Shown: one piece after another, positions 62,705 through 64,000 of the stretch
How the letters are laid out: the number at the start of each line of letters is the position of its first letter
Position numbering within the stretch: the first letter of the stretch is position 1
Assembly (NCBI GenBank): GCA_045600705.1
Contig: JAZRYL010000042.1
Span: 15,833-79,832, forward strand
Length of the DNA: 64,000 nucleotides
Reading direction: 5' to 3'
Source of the DNA: Clostridia bacterium
Lineage (GTDB): Bacteria > Bacillota > Clostridia > Christensenellales > QALW01
Translations under genes and position numbers: made by a program
The notes under the pieces: model-generated
Told to the model about the DNA's origin: nothing
Databases searched by the model: none
Seen by the model: only the letters and a program-made list of their open reading frames with translations

Positions 62705-64000
62705 ATGAACGATTACAAAAGAACTGTTCTCATAGTGGACGATAACGAGTTTAACCGTGATTTTTTAACAGAATTACTTTCAGATGAGTATTTTGTTCTT
62801 AAAGCGGAAAACGGTCAAGTCGCTTTTGATTTGCTGAAAAGCGACGACGGAATGATTTCTGCGGTTTTGCTCGATATGCACATGCCGGTTATGGACGGAG
62901 CGACGTTTCTCGACGCCGCCGGCAAGGATGCCAAAATTTCCAAGATACCCGTAATAATAATGACCACATCAGACGATATTAAAACTGAAGTAAGTTGGCT
63001 TAACAAAGGCGCAGTGGACTTTATTCCCAAGCCGTTTCATCCCGATGCGGTAAAAGCACGACTTAAAAATGCCATCAATCTCCGTGAATCGGTGGCAATG
63101 CTTTCCGCCACGGAATTTGACGAACTCACGGGTTTTTACACCCGAGGCGCATTCTTGAAGCACGCAGAAATTCTGCTGCAAAAGCGGCCGGACGTTCGTT
63201 TTGACCTTGTGACCGCAACTATATTCGACTTTGACCAGATCAGTTACAAATACGGCTCGGACATGGCGACTGAGGTGGTTCGCTGCATCGGTCAGAACGT
63301 GCTTGAAGGAGACACTGAGTATTGCATTACGGGAAGATTCGATAACGAACAGTTTGCTGCACTGATTCAGGTGGATGCCGACGGAGCAGACGGCATGGAA
63401 CAAATCAAAAAGACACAAATTGCGATAGAAACTAACTCGCCGGTGAAGGACGTTAAACTTAAATATGCGATATACGAAAACGTTGAGCATAACATTCCCG
63501 TCTACGTTTTGTGCAGCCGTGCGTTCAATGCGCTTCAGCAAATCAGACACAGTTACGGCGTGACCTGTGCCAAGTATTCGCCGGAAGTCCAAAAAGAAAT
63601 AGACATTCTTAACGAATTGGAAGACGGCATGGTCAAAGCACTTGAAGAAAAGCAGTTTGAAGTGTATTATCAGCCGAAATTCTACGTTGCGGACGGAAAA
63701 GACCGCATTGCGGGTGCGGAAGCGCTTGTCAGATGGGTGCATCCTGACAAGGGATTTATCAAGCCGGACGTGTTTATCGGTATGTTCGAAAAAAACGGAT
63801 TTATCAGCAAACTTGACAGATATATGCTTGAAAACGTTTGCCGTGACATTAAGGAATGGCGTGAACAGGGTATTCCCGTGTTTCCCGTTTCGGTTAATTT
63901 GTCCCGTGTTGACTTTTCAATAGCCGACCTTGCTCAGCGTGCCGAGGAAATAGTGGATTCTTATGGAATTCCTCACGAACTTATCCATTTTGAAGTTACC
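62705..64000 (+). CDS. response regulator: REC, degenerate GGDEF, EAL; 3' end cut by window edge
   Basis: Not in the ORF track (no stop in the window). Hand translation: MNDYKRTVLIVDDNEFNRDFL..LLDMHMPVMDG..DFIPKPF (REC). DELTGFYTRGAF..ITGRFDNEQF has the GGDEF motif replaced by FDNEQ. FEVYYQPKF..GAEALVRW..ENVCRDIKEW is the EAL domain. Confidence 0.85.
   Translation, partial: MNDYKRTVLIVDDNEFNRDFLTELLSDEYFVLKAENGQVAFDLLKSDDGMISAVLLDMHMPVMDGATFLDAAGKDAKISKIPVIIMTTSDDIKTEVSWLNKGAVDFIPKPFHPDAVKARLKNAINLRESVAMLSATEFDELTGFYTRGAFLKHAEILLQKRPDVRFDLVTATIFDFDQISYKYGSDMATEVVRCIGQNVLEGDTEYCITGRFDNEQFAALIQVDADGADGMEQIKKTQIAIETNSPVKDVKLKYAIYENVEHNIPVYVLCSRAFNALQQIRHSYGVTCAKYSPEVQKEIDILNELEDGMVKALEEKQFEVYYQPKFYVADGKDRIAGAEALVRWVHPDKGFIKPDVFIGMFEKNGFISKLDRYMLENVCRDIKEWREQGIPVFPVSVNLSRVDFSIADLAQRAEEIVDSYGIPHELIHFEVT

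Noticed and set aside
62969-63742. 257-aa minus-strand ORF
   Set aside because: It is antisense to the REC/GGDEF-like/EAL gene, whose plus-strand translation carries clear domain signatures. The minus ORF has no RBS or recognisable motif.
1-64000. Mobile genetic element or defence island explanation for the accessory right-hand half
   Set aside because: No transposase, integrase, recombinase, phage, toxin-antitoxin, restriction-modification or cas-like ORFs, and no flanking direct repeats or tRNA-adjacent junction at its border. The lone tRNA is 23 kb away. Composition looks similar to the housekeeping half by eye, but it was not computed.

Overview
Chromosomal window from a Clostridia-type Firmicute (Gram-positive RBS and promoter style, [FeFe]-hydrogenase, formate-THF ligase). 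I saw no transposase, integrase, phage gene, CRISPR array or cas gene. All calls come from reading the sequence and ORF translations by eye; no database search or RNA folding was run.

Bases 1-36.7 kb are mostly housekeeping:
- An aromatic amino-acid operon (DAHP synthase, pheA, aroB, aroC, aroE), preceded by two tandem Tyr/Phe-rich leader-peptide attenuators.
- A translationally coupled miaB-mutS-mutL-miaA operon.
- A lone tRNA(CAU) and a YegP-like gene.
- An operon of an HD-type (p)ppGpp hydrolase, a STAS-kinase fusion and a stand-alone STAS protein.
- A MATE exporter, an FAD oxidoreductase, a GNAT acetyltransferase and a lactate permease.
- A five-gene HydABC-type electron-bifurcating [FeFe]-hydrogenase operon.
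- A Gfo/Idh/MocA oxidoreductase, fhs and an aquaporin.
- A ZTP-riboswitch-controlled purO-purH pair.

Bases 36.7-64 kb are the interesting part, an envelope and cyclic-di-GMP island:
- A GT2/pyruvyl-transferase fusion.
- A GEMM-I (c-di-GMP-I) riboswitch upstream of a secreted Pro/Thr-linker protein.
- A DivIVA-like coiled-coil protein.
- A second GEMM-I-like riboswitch with an overlapping terminator, leading a tightly packed eight-gene operon.
- That operon encodes a lipoprotein, a 66-aa coiled coil, a 7TM HD-GYP phosphodiesterase, a 1089-aa single-pass protein, a membrane-anchored HEAT-repeat protein and a processive GT2 synthase with QRRRW.
- It ends with two roughly 730-aa paralogous extracytoplasmic glycosidase-like proteins.
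- Downstream lie a convergent 1996-aa secreted multi-domain glycosidase-like giant and a REC/degenerate-GGDEF/EAL regulator.

I read the eight-gene operon as a candidate synthase-dependent exopolysaccharide system whose partner proteins I cannot assign to the Pga/Ica, Bcs, Pel or alginate sets.

A roughly 65-nt palindrome-containing intergenic repeat family occurs at eight or more loci, including an 814-bp gene-free region.
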